From Balanoglossus misakiensis (lineage: Eukaryota; Animalia; Hemichordata): 64,000 bases of DNA. This document shows positions 47,062 through 62,400 of this stretch, one piece after another. How positions within the stretch are numbered: the first letter of the stretch is position 1; every line of letters begins with the position of its first letter. Made by a program: the position numbers and the translations under genes. The stretch spans positions 10,648,844-10,712,843 of the forward strand of contig CM082588.2 in NCBI GenBank assembly GCA_040954595.2. The letters are read 5' to 3'. The notes under the pieces are model-generated. The model was given only the letters and a program-made list of their open reading frames with translations. It searched no databases and was not told the DNA's origin.

Positions 47062-48685
47062 ATAAACCAAACAACTTGTTCATATTTACTGTATACTAAG
47101 TGTTATTTTTTCACAATTGGGAACAGGTACATCAAATACAAATAACAATGGTAGAGTCACATTATAATATTGTGAGAAATTACTAGTGTAAAGAAGAGTT
47201 ATACATGGCACGGTAGGGGGCTCACTTTTTATGGGAAAGTAACAATTATAAAATCCTTGGTCAATTCACAGTTTACTCATCTTTTCATGTCTCTACCATC
47301 TCCTGGTAATGACTTCTTTAAAAAGTATGAAACTTCAGTTTTTAGTTTTCAATTTTTTGTGGGGTGGTAAGCGAGACAAGATTAAGAGGAATACCATCTA
47401 CAATTAATATGTAAATGGGGGTCTCAATTTGACAAATTTGCCTGCCTTTAATTTGACGCTAAAGACAGCCTGGTTTTTGAGGATCATGTGAAACAATAGT
47501 TTATTTTGTAGTAAATGGTATAAATTTGTTCTTTCCAGTTTTGGTGGGCCCCAAGTGTATTATGCCAATTTAAAAAAAGATGATTTTCATATTTTGAACC
47601 CCATTAATTCTGTTTTCTTAAGACAAATTTATTCAGCATGGCTGCAGTATAATACCACTACAGTATCTGATAAAGACGATGTATGCCAAGAACTAATTTG
47701 CAATAATTCTGAGATACGAATTAGTGATAAGCCAATATTGTGGAATAACTTTTCAAGGAATGGTGTTATTTTTATTAATGATCTTATCGATGCTAATTGT
47801 AAGTTTTATAATTATGAGCAGTTTACTACAATATATGGTAATATTTGTACACAATTTCAGTTATTATGTGCAATACCACTTGATTGGAAAAATATTGTAC
47901 ATAATTCACACTCATCCAAACTACTGGTATGTAAGCCTAATTTTCGAAATCCCAATTGTTTGTCTGGTAAAAAACTCAATAGAGAGATGTACACTTTTGT
48001 TCTGAATTTACAAACACCACAGGAGCTTTCTCCACACATAATACGTTATTGGTACGATGTATTTGATGAAGTATTTTCCTTAAAAACTGTGTTTTCGCTT
48101 CCTTTCAAATTAACAAATGATATTAAGCTTTGGAATTTTCAGTACAAACTAATAATGAAGATCTTGCCTTCAAACCGCATGCTTTACAAATGGCGAATAA
48201 TTGACTCCCCACTTTGTATTTTTTGTAAAGATGTTGTAGAGGATTATTACCATCTTTTTGGGGATTGAATTTATACTAGTCGGTTTTGGATTTCAGTGAA
48301 AGAGTGTTTTTTTACTGTTACACTTAATACACTAAGGTTAAGTGCAATGTACTGTATTCTGGGTAATATAGATGAGGGGGGTAGTCAACTTGCAAATTTC
48401 ATTCTTTTGATTGGACGTTCTTATATTTTTAAATGTAAAGTGCCGAATGTTTTGCCAAACATGCTTCAGTTTAAATCATATGTGAAATCTATTTATAAAA
48501 TAGAAGATAATGTAGCCACTACAAATGATAGACAGGGGATACATCTAGAAAAATGGGGAGCTTTTGTCAACTTGTTCGTTTATTAGTGTTCTTTTTGTGG
48601 TTTCTTTCTTTTTCTTGTCTTTGTCGACTTTTTTGTTTTTGTCCTGTATTTTTGAAATGAAAAAAAAAAAAAAAAAAAAAAAAAA
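47062..48685 (+). mobile_element. 5'-truncated non-LTR retrotransposon (L1/Tx1-like ORF2 C-terminus) with poly(A) tail
   Basis: GLTFYGKVTIIKSL, WGGKRDKIKRNTIY, NGGLNL; zinc-binding region FQYKLIMKILPSN...SPLCIFCKDVVEDYYHLF; ends EKW; T-rich 3' UTR; A26 at 48660-48685. The 5' boundary is approximate. Confidence 0.88.
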
Positions 48686-49659
48686 AGAAGAGTTATATGT
48701 ATTCAGTTTCATGTCAGTTTCTGACTTATACCAACAACAGTGTTTTCTCACATAAAATTAGGAATGATATGGATGTACTGTAATACTGTCATTGCAACTC
48801 GGTGAACACGTATTTTCATGCAGTTTTTCCAATCAAAACTGGAAATATAATGTAATGTACAAAACATGCTCTACTAAATAAACCTTATAACTTAAAACTT
48901 AAAAATTATATCTTGTTTTGAATGAGCATTGTGCTATGTGATTTGTAGTCAGCTTTTGAATAAATTACATGTGATTTTTACATATACAGGAGAAATGAAC
49001 AATGTCATTGTAATTATTTAAGGTATTAACTTCACATCTGATAGACAGGTTGGCAACCTCAGACTAAGTTCTTGGATGACTAAAAACTACAAGCAAATAT
49101 TCAAACTCAGTGAATGTTCTCCAGACATGACATCTCAATGAAGCTAAGCTTAAACTACCATACTACACATGACTGAGTGTACTCCTTGCTTGACATGCAA
49201 AGTAGCTAAGTTGTTAAACATCAATTCTACAAAAACCTGACATTTTAACAAACAACAACAACACATACATTTACAACATTGACAATCACTGCATTTCAGT
49301 CTGCACTTCTCCTTGTAGTGGGGCAGTTAACCCAAAAATCGTGCAATTTGGGTTAAAAGCATGAAACTTGGTACACTTATGGCGGCCATTTTCTGATATG
49401 GATCTAAAATGACACAGCCCTCTAGTGACCAGAAACAGATATCAAACTTTAAAATCGTGCACTTTGGGTTAAAAGCATGAAATTTGGTACAATTATTCAT
49501 TGACCCATGGCGGACATTTTCCAATATGGATCCCAAAATAGCGGCCAGAAACTGACATTCACACTTCTCTCCCATTATTGGCACTTTTTGGTCAATTGTA
49601 ACACTCAGAAACAGGAATATGGGTTGTAAAACATACTTGCTTCCATACATTCCTCTGTA

Positions 49660-50086
49660 TATTATCCTAATTGTGATGTACATGTATCAGATCAATCTTG
49701 ATGACATTCTCCTTTACAGTAACAAAGAGCACTGCTGTCAGACTAGACCTAAAGCACCTACAGGAACATGTGCATTACTTTTTACAACTGATTTCCTGAG
49801 GTTGACTCTTTTCTTGGGCTTGACTAAGAGTTTTCCAACTTGATTTCCAATGGGATTCTGTTGGTTTGATATAGCTTTGCTAGGTTTCTCATAGCACATG
49901 TTCTTTTAGAGCTGCCTGTGTAGAAGGAATATTCTCAAGAACCCTTGACTTTCTGGAGAAGAGATATTGTCTTACCCTTTGCATGACTTTGAGTATTCAA
50001 CTGGTTCTGTTATACCGAAGAACAAATTGTTCAATTAGTAACATACAAGATTGATCTGATACATGTACATCAGGATTAGGAGAATA
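49660..50086. repeat. Inverted repeat pair with ~41-bp arms around a 345-bp spacer (possible MITE)
   Basis: tgatgtacatgtatcagatcaatcttg (49674-49700) is the exact reverse complement of 50046-50072; similarity extends outward with mismatches. Confidence 0.75.
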
Positions 50087-50497
50087 TTCAAAGCGATCTG
50101 GAGCAGATAAGATAGGATGATTTTCTCCCGGCCTCCAGCATCTGCCAACTCCTGTCTGTCACCTAATAATCTGACAAGTCATAATAAGGAGATTTTTCTT
50201 ATTTGTGGTTTAAATAATACTGTACTTTTGGTAGGAGTTTTTGATACAGTGTGATGGAAAAGAGGAATCAGTGTTAATTTCTTTAGATGATTGTTGATTT
50301 TGTGACATTCAGGTTTTTTTCACTATTAAACATGTCACTTGATATGCTTATTTTTTTCATGAAAAATTTAAAACAAAACTTTAAAATTACATTAGAATTT
50401 AATGAATTTTGAATTATGGTTATCTCTTACATTATTACTACTTTTATAAATATTTACATCATAATGTGTCAATTCTTTTTATCTGAATTAATTAGAC

Positions 50498-53400
50498 TGG
50501 AAGCAACCACGGAAATTTTAGAACTATCCGTCGATCTACAGAGTATAGTGGAAAACGTTCATATGCGCATAGGCCTATCAATGTGTTCTGCGCATCACAA
50601 AAGATTTTTGTAAACAAACGAGGATGTGTTTGGAAGCAACCATGGAAATTTTAGAACTATCCGTCGATCTACGGAGTCTAGTGGAAAACTTTCCAATGCG
50701 CATAGGCCTATCTATGTGTTCTGCGCATCACAACAGAATTTTGTAAACAAACGAGGATGTGTTTGGAAGCAACCATGGAAATTTTAGAACTATCCGTCGA
50801 TATACAGAGTCTAGTGGAAAACGTTCATATGCGCATAGGCCTATCTATGTGTTCTGCGCATCACAACAGATTTTTGTAAACAAACGAGGATGTGTTTGGA
50901 AGCAACCATGGAAATTTTAGAACTATCCGTCGATCTACGGAGTCTAGTGGAAAACTTTCCAATGCGCATAGGCCTATCTATGTGTTCTGCGCATCACAAC
51001 AGAATTTTGTAAACAAACGAGGATGTGTTTGGAAGCAACCATGGAAATTTTAGAACTATCCGTCGATATACAGAGTCTAGTGGAAAACGTTCTTATGCGC
51101 ATAGGCCTCTCTATGTGTTCTGCGCATCACAACAGAATTTTGTAAACACACGATGCTTTGTTTGGAAGCAACCATGGAAATTTTAGAACTATCCGTCGAT
51201 CTACGGAGTCTAGTGGAAAAATTTCTTATGCGCAAAGGCATATGTATGTGTTCTACGCATCACAACATAATTCTGTAAATAAACGAGGCTGTTTGGAAAC
51301 AACCATGGACATTTTACAACTGTCCGTCGATCTACAGAGTCTGGTGGAAAAGTTTCTTATGCGCATAGGCCTATTACGTGTTCTGCGCCTCACAACAGAA
51401 TTCGGTAAATAAACGAGGCTGTTTGGAAGCAACCATGGAAATTTTAGAACTATCCGTCGATCTACGGAGTCTAGTGGAAAACTTTCCAATGCGCATAGGC
51501 CTATCTATGTGTTCTGCGCATCACAACAGAATTTTGTAAACAAACGAGGATGTGTTTGGAAGCAACCATGGAAATTTTAGAACTATCCGTCGATCTACGG
51601 AGTCTAGTGGAAACATTTCCAATGCGCATAGGCCTATCTATGTGTTCTGCGCATCACAACAGAATTTTGTAAACAAACGAGGATGTGTTTGGAAGCAACC
51701 ATGGAAATTTTAGAACTATCCGTCGATATACAGAGTCTAGTGGAAAACGTTCTTATGCGCATAGACCTCTCTATGTGTTCTGCGCATCACAACAGAATTT
51801 TGTAAACAAACGATGCTTTGTTTGGAAGCAACCATGGAAATTTTAGAACTATCCGTCGATCTACGGAGTCTAGTGGAAAAATTTCTTATGCGCATAGGCA
51901 TATGTATGTGTTCTACGCATCACAACATAATTCGGTAAATAAACGAGGCTGTTTGGAAACAACCATGGAAATTTTACAACTGTCCGTCGATCTACAGAGT
52001 CTGGTGGAAAAGTTTCTTATGCGCATAGGCCTATTACGTGTTCTGCGCCTCACAACAGAATTCGGTAAATAAACGAGGCTGTTTGGAAGCAACCATGGAA
52101 ATTTTAGAACTATCCGTCGATCTACAGAGTCTAGTGGAAAACGTTCTTATGCGCATAGGCCTATCTATGTATTATGCGCATCACAACAGAATTTTGTAAA
52201 CAAACGAGGATGTGTTTGGAAGCAACCATGGAAATTTTAGAACTATCCGTCGATATACAGAGTCTAGTGGAAAACGTTCTTATGCGCATAGGCCTCTCTA
52301 TGTGTTCTGCGCATCACAACAGAATTTTGTAAACAAACGATGCTTTGTTTGGAAGCAACCATGGAAATTTTAGAACTATCCGTCGATCTACGGAGTCTAG
52401 TGGAAAAATTTCTTATGCGCATAGGCATATGTATGTGTTCTACGCATCACAACATAATTCTGTAAATAAACGAGGCTGTTTGGAAACAACCATGGACATT
52501 TTACAACTGTCCGTCGATCTACAGAGTCTGGTGGAAAAGTTTCTTATGCGCATAGGCCTATTACGTGTTCTGCGCCTCACAACAGAATTCGGTAAATAAA
52601 CGAGGCTGTTTGGAAGCAACCATGGAAATTTTAGAACTATCCGTCGATCTACGGAGTCTAGTGGAAAACTTTCCAATGCGCATAGGCCTATCTATGTGTT
52701 CTGCGCATCACAACAGAATTTTGTAAACAAACGAGGATGTGTTTGGAAGCAACCATGGAAATTTTAGAACTATCCGTCGATCTACGGAGTCTAGTGGAAA
52801 CATTTCCAATGCGCATAGGCCTATCTATGTGTTCTGCGCATCACAACAGAATTTTGTAAACAAACGAGGATGTGTTTGGAAGCAACCATGGAAATTTTAG
52901 AACTATCCGTCGATATACAGAGTCTAGTGGAAAACGTTCTTATGCGCATAGGCCTCTCTATGTGTTCTGCGCATCACAACAGAATTTTGTAAACAAACGA
53001 TGCTTTGTTTGGAAGCAACCATGGAAATTTTAGAACTATCCGTCGATCTACGGAGTCTAGTGGAAAAATTTCTTATGCGCATAGGCATATGTATGTGTTC
53101 TACGCATCACAACATAATTCGGTAAATAAACGAGGCTGTTTGGAAACAACCATGGAAATTTTACAACTGTCCGTCGATCTACAGAGTCTGGTGGAAAAGT
53201 TTCTTATGCGCATAGGCCTATTACGTGTTCTGCGCCTCACAACAGAATTCGGTAAATAAACGAGGCTGTTTGGAAGCAACCATGGAAATTTTAGAACTAT
53301 CCGTCGATCTACAGAGTCTAGTGGAAAACGTTCTTATGCGCATAGGCCTATCTATGTATTATGCGCATCACAACAGAATTTTGTAAACAAACGAGGATGT

Positions 53401-56400
53401 GTTTGGAAGCAACCATGGAAATTTTAGAACTATCCGTCGATATACAGAGTCTAGTGGAAAACGTTCTTATGCGCATAGGCCTCTCTATGTGTTCTGCGCA
53501 TCACAACAGAATTTTGTAAACAAACGATGCTTTGTTTGGAAGCAACCATGGAAATTTTAGAACTATCCGTCGATCTACGGAGTCTAGTGGAAAAATTTCT
53601 TATGCGCATAGGCATATGTATGTGTTCTACGCAACACAACAGAATTCGGTAAATAAACGAGGCTGTTTGGAAACAACCATGGAAATTTTACAACTATCCG
53701 TCGATCTACAGAGTCTGGTGGAAAACTTTCTGATGCGCATAGGCCTATTACGTGTTCTGCGCCTCACAACAGAATTCGGTAAATAAACGAGGCTGTTTGG
53801 AAGCAACCATGGAAATTTTAGAACTATCCGTCGATCTACAGAGTCTAGTGGAAAACGTTCTTATGCGCATAGGCCTATCTAAATAAACGAGGCTGTATTT
53901 GGAAGCAACAAAGTAAATTTTACAACTATACGTCGATCTACGGAGTCTAGTGGAAAAATTTCTTATGCGCATAGGCATATGTATGTGTTCTGCGTCTCAC
54001 AACAGAATTCGGTAAATAAACGAGGCTGTTTGGAAGCAACCATGGAAATTTTAGAACTATCCGTCGATCTACGGAGTATAGTGGAAAACGTTCATATGCA
54101 CATAGGCCTATCTATGTGTTCTGCGCATCACAACAGATTTTTGTAAACAAACGAGGATGTGTTTGGAAGCAACCATGGAAATTTTAGAACTATCCGTCCA
54201 TCTACGGAGTCTAGTGGAAAACTTTCCGATGCGCATAGGCCTATCTATGTGTTCTGCGCATCACAACAGAATTTTGTAAACAAACGAGGATGTGTTTGGA
54301 AGCAACCATGGAAATTTTAGAACTATCCGTCGATCTACAGAGTCTAGTGGAAAACGTTCTTATGCGCATAGGCCTCTCTATTTGTTCTGCGCATCACAAC
54401 AGAATTTTGTATACAAACGATGCTTTGTTTGGAAGCAACCATGGAAATTTTAGAACTATCCGTCGATCTACGGAGTCTAGTGGAAAAATTTCTTATGCGC
54501 ATAGGCATATGTATGTGTTCTACGCATCACAACAGAATTCGGTATATAAACGAGGCTGTTTGGAAACAACCATGGAAATTTTACAACTGTCTGTCGATCT
54601 ACAGAGTCTGGTGGAAAAGTTTCTTATGCGCATAGGCCTATTACGTGTTCTGCGCCTCACAAGAGAATTCGGTAAATAAACGAGGCTGTTTGGAAGCAAC
54701 CATGGAAATTTTAGAACTATCCGTCGATCTACAGAGTCTAGTGGAAAACGTTCTTATGCGCATAGGACTATCTATGTATTATGCGCATCACAACAGAATT
54801 TTGTAAACAAACGAGGATGTGTTTGGAAGCAACCATGGAAATTTTAGAACTATCCGTCGATATACAGAGTCTAGTGGAAAACGTTCATATGCGCATAGGC
54901 CTCTCTATATGTTCTGCGCATCACAACAGAATTTTGTAAACAAACGATGCTTTGTTTGGAAGCAACCATGGAAATTTTAGAACTATCCGTCGATCTACGG
55001 AGTCTAGTGGAAAAATTTCTTATGCGCATAGGCATATGTATGTGTTCTACGCATCACAACAGAATTCGGTAAATAAACGAGGCTGTTTGGAAACAACCAT
55101 GGAAATTTTACAACTATCCGTCGATCTACAGAGTCTGGTGGAAAAGTCTCTTATGCGCATAGGCCTATTACGTGTTCTGCGCCTCACAACAGAATTCGGT
55201 AAATAAACGAGGCTGTTTGGAAGCAACCATGGAAATTTTAGAACTATCCGTCGATCTACAGAGTATAGTGAAAAACGTTCTTATGCGCATAGGCCTATCT
55301 ATGTATTATGCGCATCACAACAGAAATCGCTAAATAAACGAGGCTGTATTTGGAAGCAACCATGTAAATTTTACAACTATCCGTCGATCTACGGAGTCTA
55401 GTGGAAAAATTTCTTATGCGCATAGGCATATGTATGTGTTCTGCGTCTCACAACAGAATTCTGTAAATAAACGAGGCTGTTTGGAAGCAACCATGGAAAT
55501 TTTAGAACTATCCGTCGATCTACAGAGTATAGTGGAAAACGTTCATATGCGCATAGGCCTATCTATGTGTTCTGCGCATCACAACAGAATTTTGTAAACA
55601 AACGATGCTTTGTTTGGAAGCAACCATGGAAATTTTAGAACTATCCGTCGATCTACGGAGTCTAGTGGTAAAATTTCTTATGCGCATAGGCATATGTATG
55701 TATTCTACGCATCACAACAGAATTCGGTAAATAAACGAGGCTGTTTGGAAGCAACCATGGAAATTTTAGAACTATCCGTCGATCTACAGAGTCTACTGGA
55801 AAACGTTCTTATGCGCATAGGCATATGTATGTATTCTACGCATCACAACAGAATTCGGTAAATAAACGAGGCTGTTTGGAAGCAACCATGGAAATTTTAG
55901 AACTATCCGTCGATCTACAGAGTCTACTGGAAAACGTTCTTATGCGCATAGGCCTATCTATGTATTATGCGCATCACAACATAATTTTGTAAACAAACGA
56001 GGATGTGCTTGGAAGCAACCATGGAAATTTTAGAACTATCCGTCGATATACAGAGTCCAGTGGAAAACGTTCTTATGCGCATAGGCCTCTCTATTTGTTC
56101 TGCGCATCACAACAGAATTTTGTATACAAACGATGCTTTGTTTGGAAGCAACCATGGAAATTTTAGAACTATCCGTCGATCTACGGAGTCTAGTGGAAAA
56201 ATTTCTTATGCGCATAGGCATATGTATGTGTTCTACGCATCACAAAAGAATTCGGTAAATAAACGAGGCTGTTTGGAAACAACCATGGAAATTTTACAAC
56301 TATCCGTCGATCTACAGAGTCTAGTGGAAAACGTTCTTATGCGCATAGGCCTATCTATGTATTATGCGCATCACAACAGAATTTTGTAAACAAACGAGGA

Positions 56401-59400
56401 TGTGTTTGGAAGCAACCATGGAAATTTTAGAACTATCCGTCGATATACAGAGTCTAGTGGAAAACGTTCATATGCGCATAGGCCTCTCTATGTGTTCTGC
56501 GCATCACAACAGAATTTTGTAAACAAACGATGCTTTGTTTGGAAGCAACCATGGAAATTTTAGAACTATCCGTCGATCTACGGAGTCTAGTGGAAAAATT
56601 TCTTATGCGCATAGGCATATGTATGTGTTCTACGCATCACAACAGAATTCGGTAAATAAACGAGGCTGTTTGGAAACAACCATGGAAATTTTACAACTAT
56701 CCGTCGATCTACAGAGTCTGGTGGAAAAGTCTCTTATGCGCATAGGCCTATTACGTGTTCTGCGCCTCACAACAGAATTCGGTAAATAAAAGAGGCTGTT
56801 TGGAAGCAACCATGGAAATTTTAGAACTATCCGTCGATCTACAGAGTCTAGTGAAAAACGTTCTTATGCGCATAGGCCTATCTATGTATTATGCGCATCA
56901 CAACAGAAATCGCTAAATAAACGAGGCTGTATTTGGAAGCAACCATGTAAATTTTACAACTATCCGTCGATCTACGGAGTCTAGTGGAAAAATTTCTTAT
57001 GCGCATAGGCATATGTATGTGTTCTGCGTCTCACAACAGAATTCTGTAAATAAACGAGGCTGTTTGGAAGCAACCATGGAAATTTTAGAACTATCCGTCG
57101 ATCTACAGAGTATAGTGGAAAACGTTCATATGCGCATAGGCCTATCTATGTGTTCTGCGCATCACAACAGAATTTTGTAAACAAACGATGCTTTGTTTGG
57201 AAGCAACCATGGAAATTTTAGAACTATCCGTCGATCTACGGAGTCTAGTGGTAAAATTTCTTATGCGCATAGGCATATGTATGTATTCTACGCATCACAA
57301 CAGAATTCGGTAAATAAACGAGGCTGTTTGGAAGCAACCATGGAAATTTTAGAACTATCCGTCGATCTACAGAGTCTACTGGAAAACGTTCTTATGCGCA
57401 TAGGCCTATCTATGTATTATGCGCATCATAACATAATTTTGTAAACAAACGAGGATGTGTTTGGAAGCAACCATGGAAATTTTAGAACTATCCGTCGATA
57501 TACAGAGTCTAGTGGAAAACTTTCTTATGCGCATAGGCATATGTATGTGTTCTGCGTCTCACAACAGAATTCTGTAAATAAACGAGGCTGTTTGGAAGCA
57601 ACCATGGAAATTTTAGAACTATCCGTCGATCTACAGAGTATAGTGGAAAACGTTCATATGCGCATAGGCCTATCTATGTGTTCTGCGCATCACAACAGAA
57701 TTTTGTAAACAAACGATGCTTTGTTTGGAAGCAACCATGGAAATTTTAGAACTATCCGTCGATCTACGGAGTCTAGTGGTAAAATTTCTTATGCGCATAG
57801 GCATATGTATGTATTCTACGCATCACAACAGAATTCGGTAAATAAACGAGGCTGTTTGGAAGCAACCATGGAAATTTTAGAACTATCCGTCGATCTACAG
57901 AGTCTACTGGAAAACGTTCTTATGCGCATAGGCCTATCTATGTATTATGCGCATCATAACATAATTTTGTAAACAAACGAGGATGTGTTTGGAAGCAACC
58001 ATGGAAATTTTAGAACTATCCGTCGATATACAGAGTCTAGTGGAAAACTTTCTTATGCGCATAGGCCTCTCTATGTGTTCTGCGCATCACAACAGAATTT
58101 TGTAAACAAACGATGCTTTGTTTGGAAGCAACCATGGAAATTTTAGAACTATCCGTCGATCTACGGAGTCTAGTGGAAAAATTTCTTATGCGCAAAGGCA
58201 TATGTATGTGTTCTACGCATCACAACAGAATTCGGTAAATAAACGAGGCTGTTTGGAAACAACCATGGAAATTTTACAACTATCCGTCGATCTACAGAGT
58301 CTGGTGGAAAAGTTTCTTTTGCGCATAGGCCTATTACGTGTTCTGCGCCTCACAACAGAATTCGGTAAATAAACGAGGCTGTTTGGAAGCAACCATGGAA
58401 ATTTTAGAACTATCCGTCGATCTACAGAGTATAGTGAAAAACGTTCTTATGCGCATAGGCCTATCTATGTATTATGCGCATCACAACAGAAATCGCTAAA
58501 TAAACGAGGCTGTATTTGGAAGCAACCATGTAAATTTTACAACTATCCGTCGATCTACGGAGTCTAGTGGAAAAATTTCTTATGCGCATAGGCATATGTA
58601 TGTGTTCTGCGTCTCACAACAGACTTCTGTAAATAAACGAGGCTGTTTGGAAGCAACCATGGAAATTTTAGAACTATCCGTCGATCTACGGAGTCTAGTG
58701 GAAAAATTTCTTATGCGCATAGGCATATGTATGTGTTCTACGCATCACAACAGAATTCGGTAAATAAACGAGGCTGTTTGGAAACAACCATGGAAATTTT
58801 ACAACTATCCGTCGATCTACAGAGTCTGGTGGAAAAGTCTCTTATGCGCATAGGCCTATTACGTGTTCTGCGCCTCACAACAGAATTCGGTAAATAAAAG
58901 AGGCTGTTTGGAAGCAACCATGGAAATTTTAGAACTATCCGTCGATCTACAGAGTCTAGTGAAAAACGTTCTTATGCGCATAGGCCTATCTATGTATTAT
59001 GCGCATCACAACAGAAATCGCTAAATAAACGAGGCTGTATTTGGAAGCAACCATGTAAATTTTACAACTATCCGTCGATCTACGGAGTCTAGTGGAAAAA
59101 TTTCTTATGCGCATAGGCATATGTATGTGTTCTGCGTCTCACAACAGAATTCTGTAAATAAACGAGGCTGTTTGGAAGCAACCATGGAAATTTTAGAACT
59201 ATCCGTCGATCTACTGAGTATAGTGGAAAACGTTCATATGCGCATAGGCCTATCTATGTGTTCTGCGCATCACAACAGAATTTTGTAAACAAACGATGCT
59301 TTGTTTGGAAGCAACCATGGAAATTTTAGAACTATCCGTCGATCTACGGAGTCTAGTGGTAAAATTTCTTATGCGCATAGGCATATGTATGTATTCTACG

Positions 59401-62400
59401 CATCACAACAGAATTCGGTAAATAAACGAGGCTGTTTGGAAGCAACCATGGAAATTTTAGAACTATCCGTCGATCTACAGAGTCTACTGGAAAACGTTCT
59501 TATGCGCATAGGCCTATCTATGTATTATGCGCATCACAACATAATTTTGTAAACAAACGAGGATGTGCTTGGAAGCAACCATGGAAATTTTAGAACTATC
59601 CGTCGATATACAGAGTCCAGTGGAAAACGTTCTTATGCGCATAGGCCTCTCTATTTGTTCTGCGCATCACAACAGAATTTTGTATACAAACGATGCTTTG
59701 TTTGGAAGCAACCATGGAAATTTTAGAACTATCCGTCGATCTACGGAGTCTAGTGGAAAAATTTCTTATGCGCATAGGCATATGTATGTGTTCTACGCAT
59801 CACAACAGAATTCGGTAAATAAACGAGGCTGTTTGGAAACAACCATGGAAATTTTACAACTGTCTGTCGATCTACCGAGTCTGGTGGAAAAGTTTCTTAT
59901 GCGCATAGGCCTATTACGTGTTCTGCGCCTCACAAGAGAATTCGGTAAATAAACGAGGCTGTTTGGAAGCAACCATGGAAATTTTAGAACTATCCGTCGA
60001 TCTACAGAGTCTAGTGGAAAACGTTCTTATGCGCATAGGCCTATCTATGTATTATGCGCATCACAACAGAATTTTGTAAACAAACGAGGATGTGTTTGGA
60101 AGCAACCATGGAAATTTTAGAACTATCCGTCGATCTACAGAGTCTAGTGAAAAACGTTCTTATGCGCATAGGCCTATCTATGTATTATGCGCATCACAAC
60201 AGAAATCGCTAAATAAACGAGGCTGTATTTGGAAGCAACCATGTAAATTTTACAACTATCCGTCGATCTACGGAGTCTAGTGGAAAAATTTCTTATGCGC
60301 ATAGGCATATGTATGTGTTCTGCGTCTCACAACAGAATTCTGTAAATAAACGAGGCTGTTTGGAAGCAACCATGGAAATTTTAGAACTATCCGTCGATCT
60401 ACAGAGTCTAGTGGAAAACGTTCTTATGCGCATAGGCCTATCTATGTATTATGCGCATCACAACAGAATTTTGTAAACAAACGAGGATGTGTTTGGAAGC
60501 AACCATGGAAATTTTAGAACTATCCGTCGATATACAGAGTCTAGTGGAAAACGTTCATATGCGCATAGGCCTCTCTATGTGTTCTGCGCATCACAACAGA
60601 ATTTTGTAAACAAACGATGCTTTGTTTGGAAGCAACCATGGAAATTTTAGAACTATCCGTCGATCTACGGAGTCTAGTGGAAAAATTTCTTATGCGCATA
60701 GGCATATGTATGTGTTCTACGCATCACAACAGAATTCGGTAAATAAACGAGGCTGTTTGGAAACAACCATGGAAATTTTACAACTATCCGTCGATCTACA
60801 GAGTCTGGTGGAAAAGTCTCTTATGCGCATAGGCCTATTACGTGTTCTGCGCCTCACAACAGAATTCGGTAAATAAAAGAGGCTGTTTGGAAGCAACCAT
60901 GGAAATTTGAGAACTATCCGTCGATCTACAGAGTCTAGTGAAAAACGTTCTTATGCGCATAGGCCTATCTATGTATTATGCGCATCACAACAGAAATCGC
61001 TAAATAAACGAGGCTGTATTTGGAAGCAACCATGTAAATTTTACAACTATCCGTCGATCTACGGAGTCTAGTGGAAAAATTTCTTATGCGCATAGGCATA
61101 TGTATGTGTTCTGCGTCTCACAACAGAATTCTGTAAATAAACGAGGCTGTTTGGAAGCAACCATGGAAATTTTAGAACTATCCGTCGATCTACAGAGTCT
61201 AGTGGAAAACGTTCTTATGCGCATAGGCCTATCTATGTATTATGCGCATCACAACAGAATTTTGTAAACAAACGAGGATGTGTTTGGAAGCAACCATGGA
61301 AATTTTAGAACTATCCGTCGATATACAGAGTCTAGTGGAAAACGTTCATATGCGCATAGGCCTCTCTATGTGTTCTGCGCATCACAACAGAATTTTGTAA
61401 ACAAACGATGCTTTGTTTGGAAGCAACCATGGAAATTTTAGAACTATCCGTCGATCTACGGAGTCTAGTGGAAAAATTTCGTATGCGCATAGGCATATGT
61501 ATGTGTTCTACGCATCACAACAGAATTCGGTAAATAAACGAGGCTGTTTGGAAACAACCATGGAAATTTTACAACTATCCGTCGATCTACAGAGTCTGGT
61601 GGAAAAGTCTCTTATGCGCATAGGCCTATTACGTGTTCTGCGCCTCACAACAGAATTCGGTAAATAAAAGAGGCTGTTTGGAAGCAACCATGGAAATTTT
61701 AGAACTATCCGTCGATCTACGGAGTCTAGTGGTAAAATTTCTTATGCGCATAGGCATATGTATGTATTCTACGCATCACAACAGAATTCGGTAAATAAAC
61801 GAGGCTGTTTGGAAGCAACCATGGAAATTTTAGAACTATCCGTCGATCTACAGAGTCTACTGGAAAACGTTCTTATGCGCATAGGCCTATCTATGTATTA
61901 TGCGCATCACAACATAATTTTGTAAACAAACGAGGATGTGCTTGGAAGCAACCATGGAAATTTTAGAACTATCCGTCGATATACAGAGTCCAGTGGAAAA
62001 CGTTCTTATGCGCATAGGCCTCTCTATTTGTTCTGCGCATCACAACAGAATTTTGTATACAAACGATGCTTTGTTTGGAAGCAACCATGGAAATTTTAGA
62101 ACTATCCGTCGATCTACGGAGTCTAGTGGAAAAATTTCTTATGCGCATAGGCATATGTATGTGTTCTACGCATCACAACAGAATTCGGTAAATAAACGAG
62201 GCTGTTTGGAAACAACCATGGAAATTTTACAACTGTCTGTCGATCTACCGAGTCTGGTGGAAAAGTTTCTTATGCGCATAGGCCTATTACGTGTTCTGCG
62301 CCTCACAAGAGAATTCGGTAAATAAACGAGGCTTTTTGGAAGCAACCATGGAAATTTTAGAACTATCCGTCGATCTACAGAGTCTAGTGGAAAACGTTCT

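Noticed and set aside
49327-49560. Two ~116-bp-spaced copies of aaaatcgtgca.tttgggttaaaagcatgaaa.ttggtaca
   Set aside because: A real short duplication, probably transposon-internal, but I could not define boundaries or a family.
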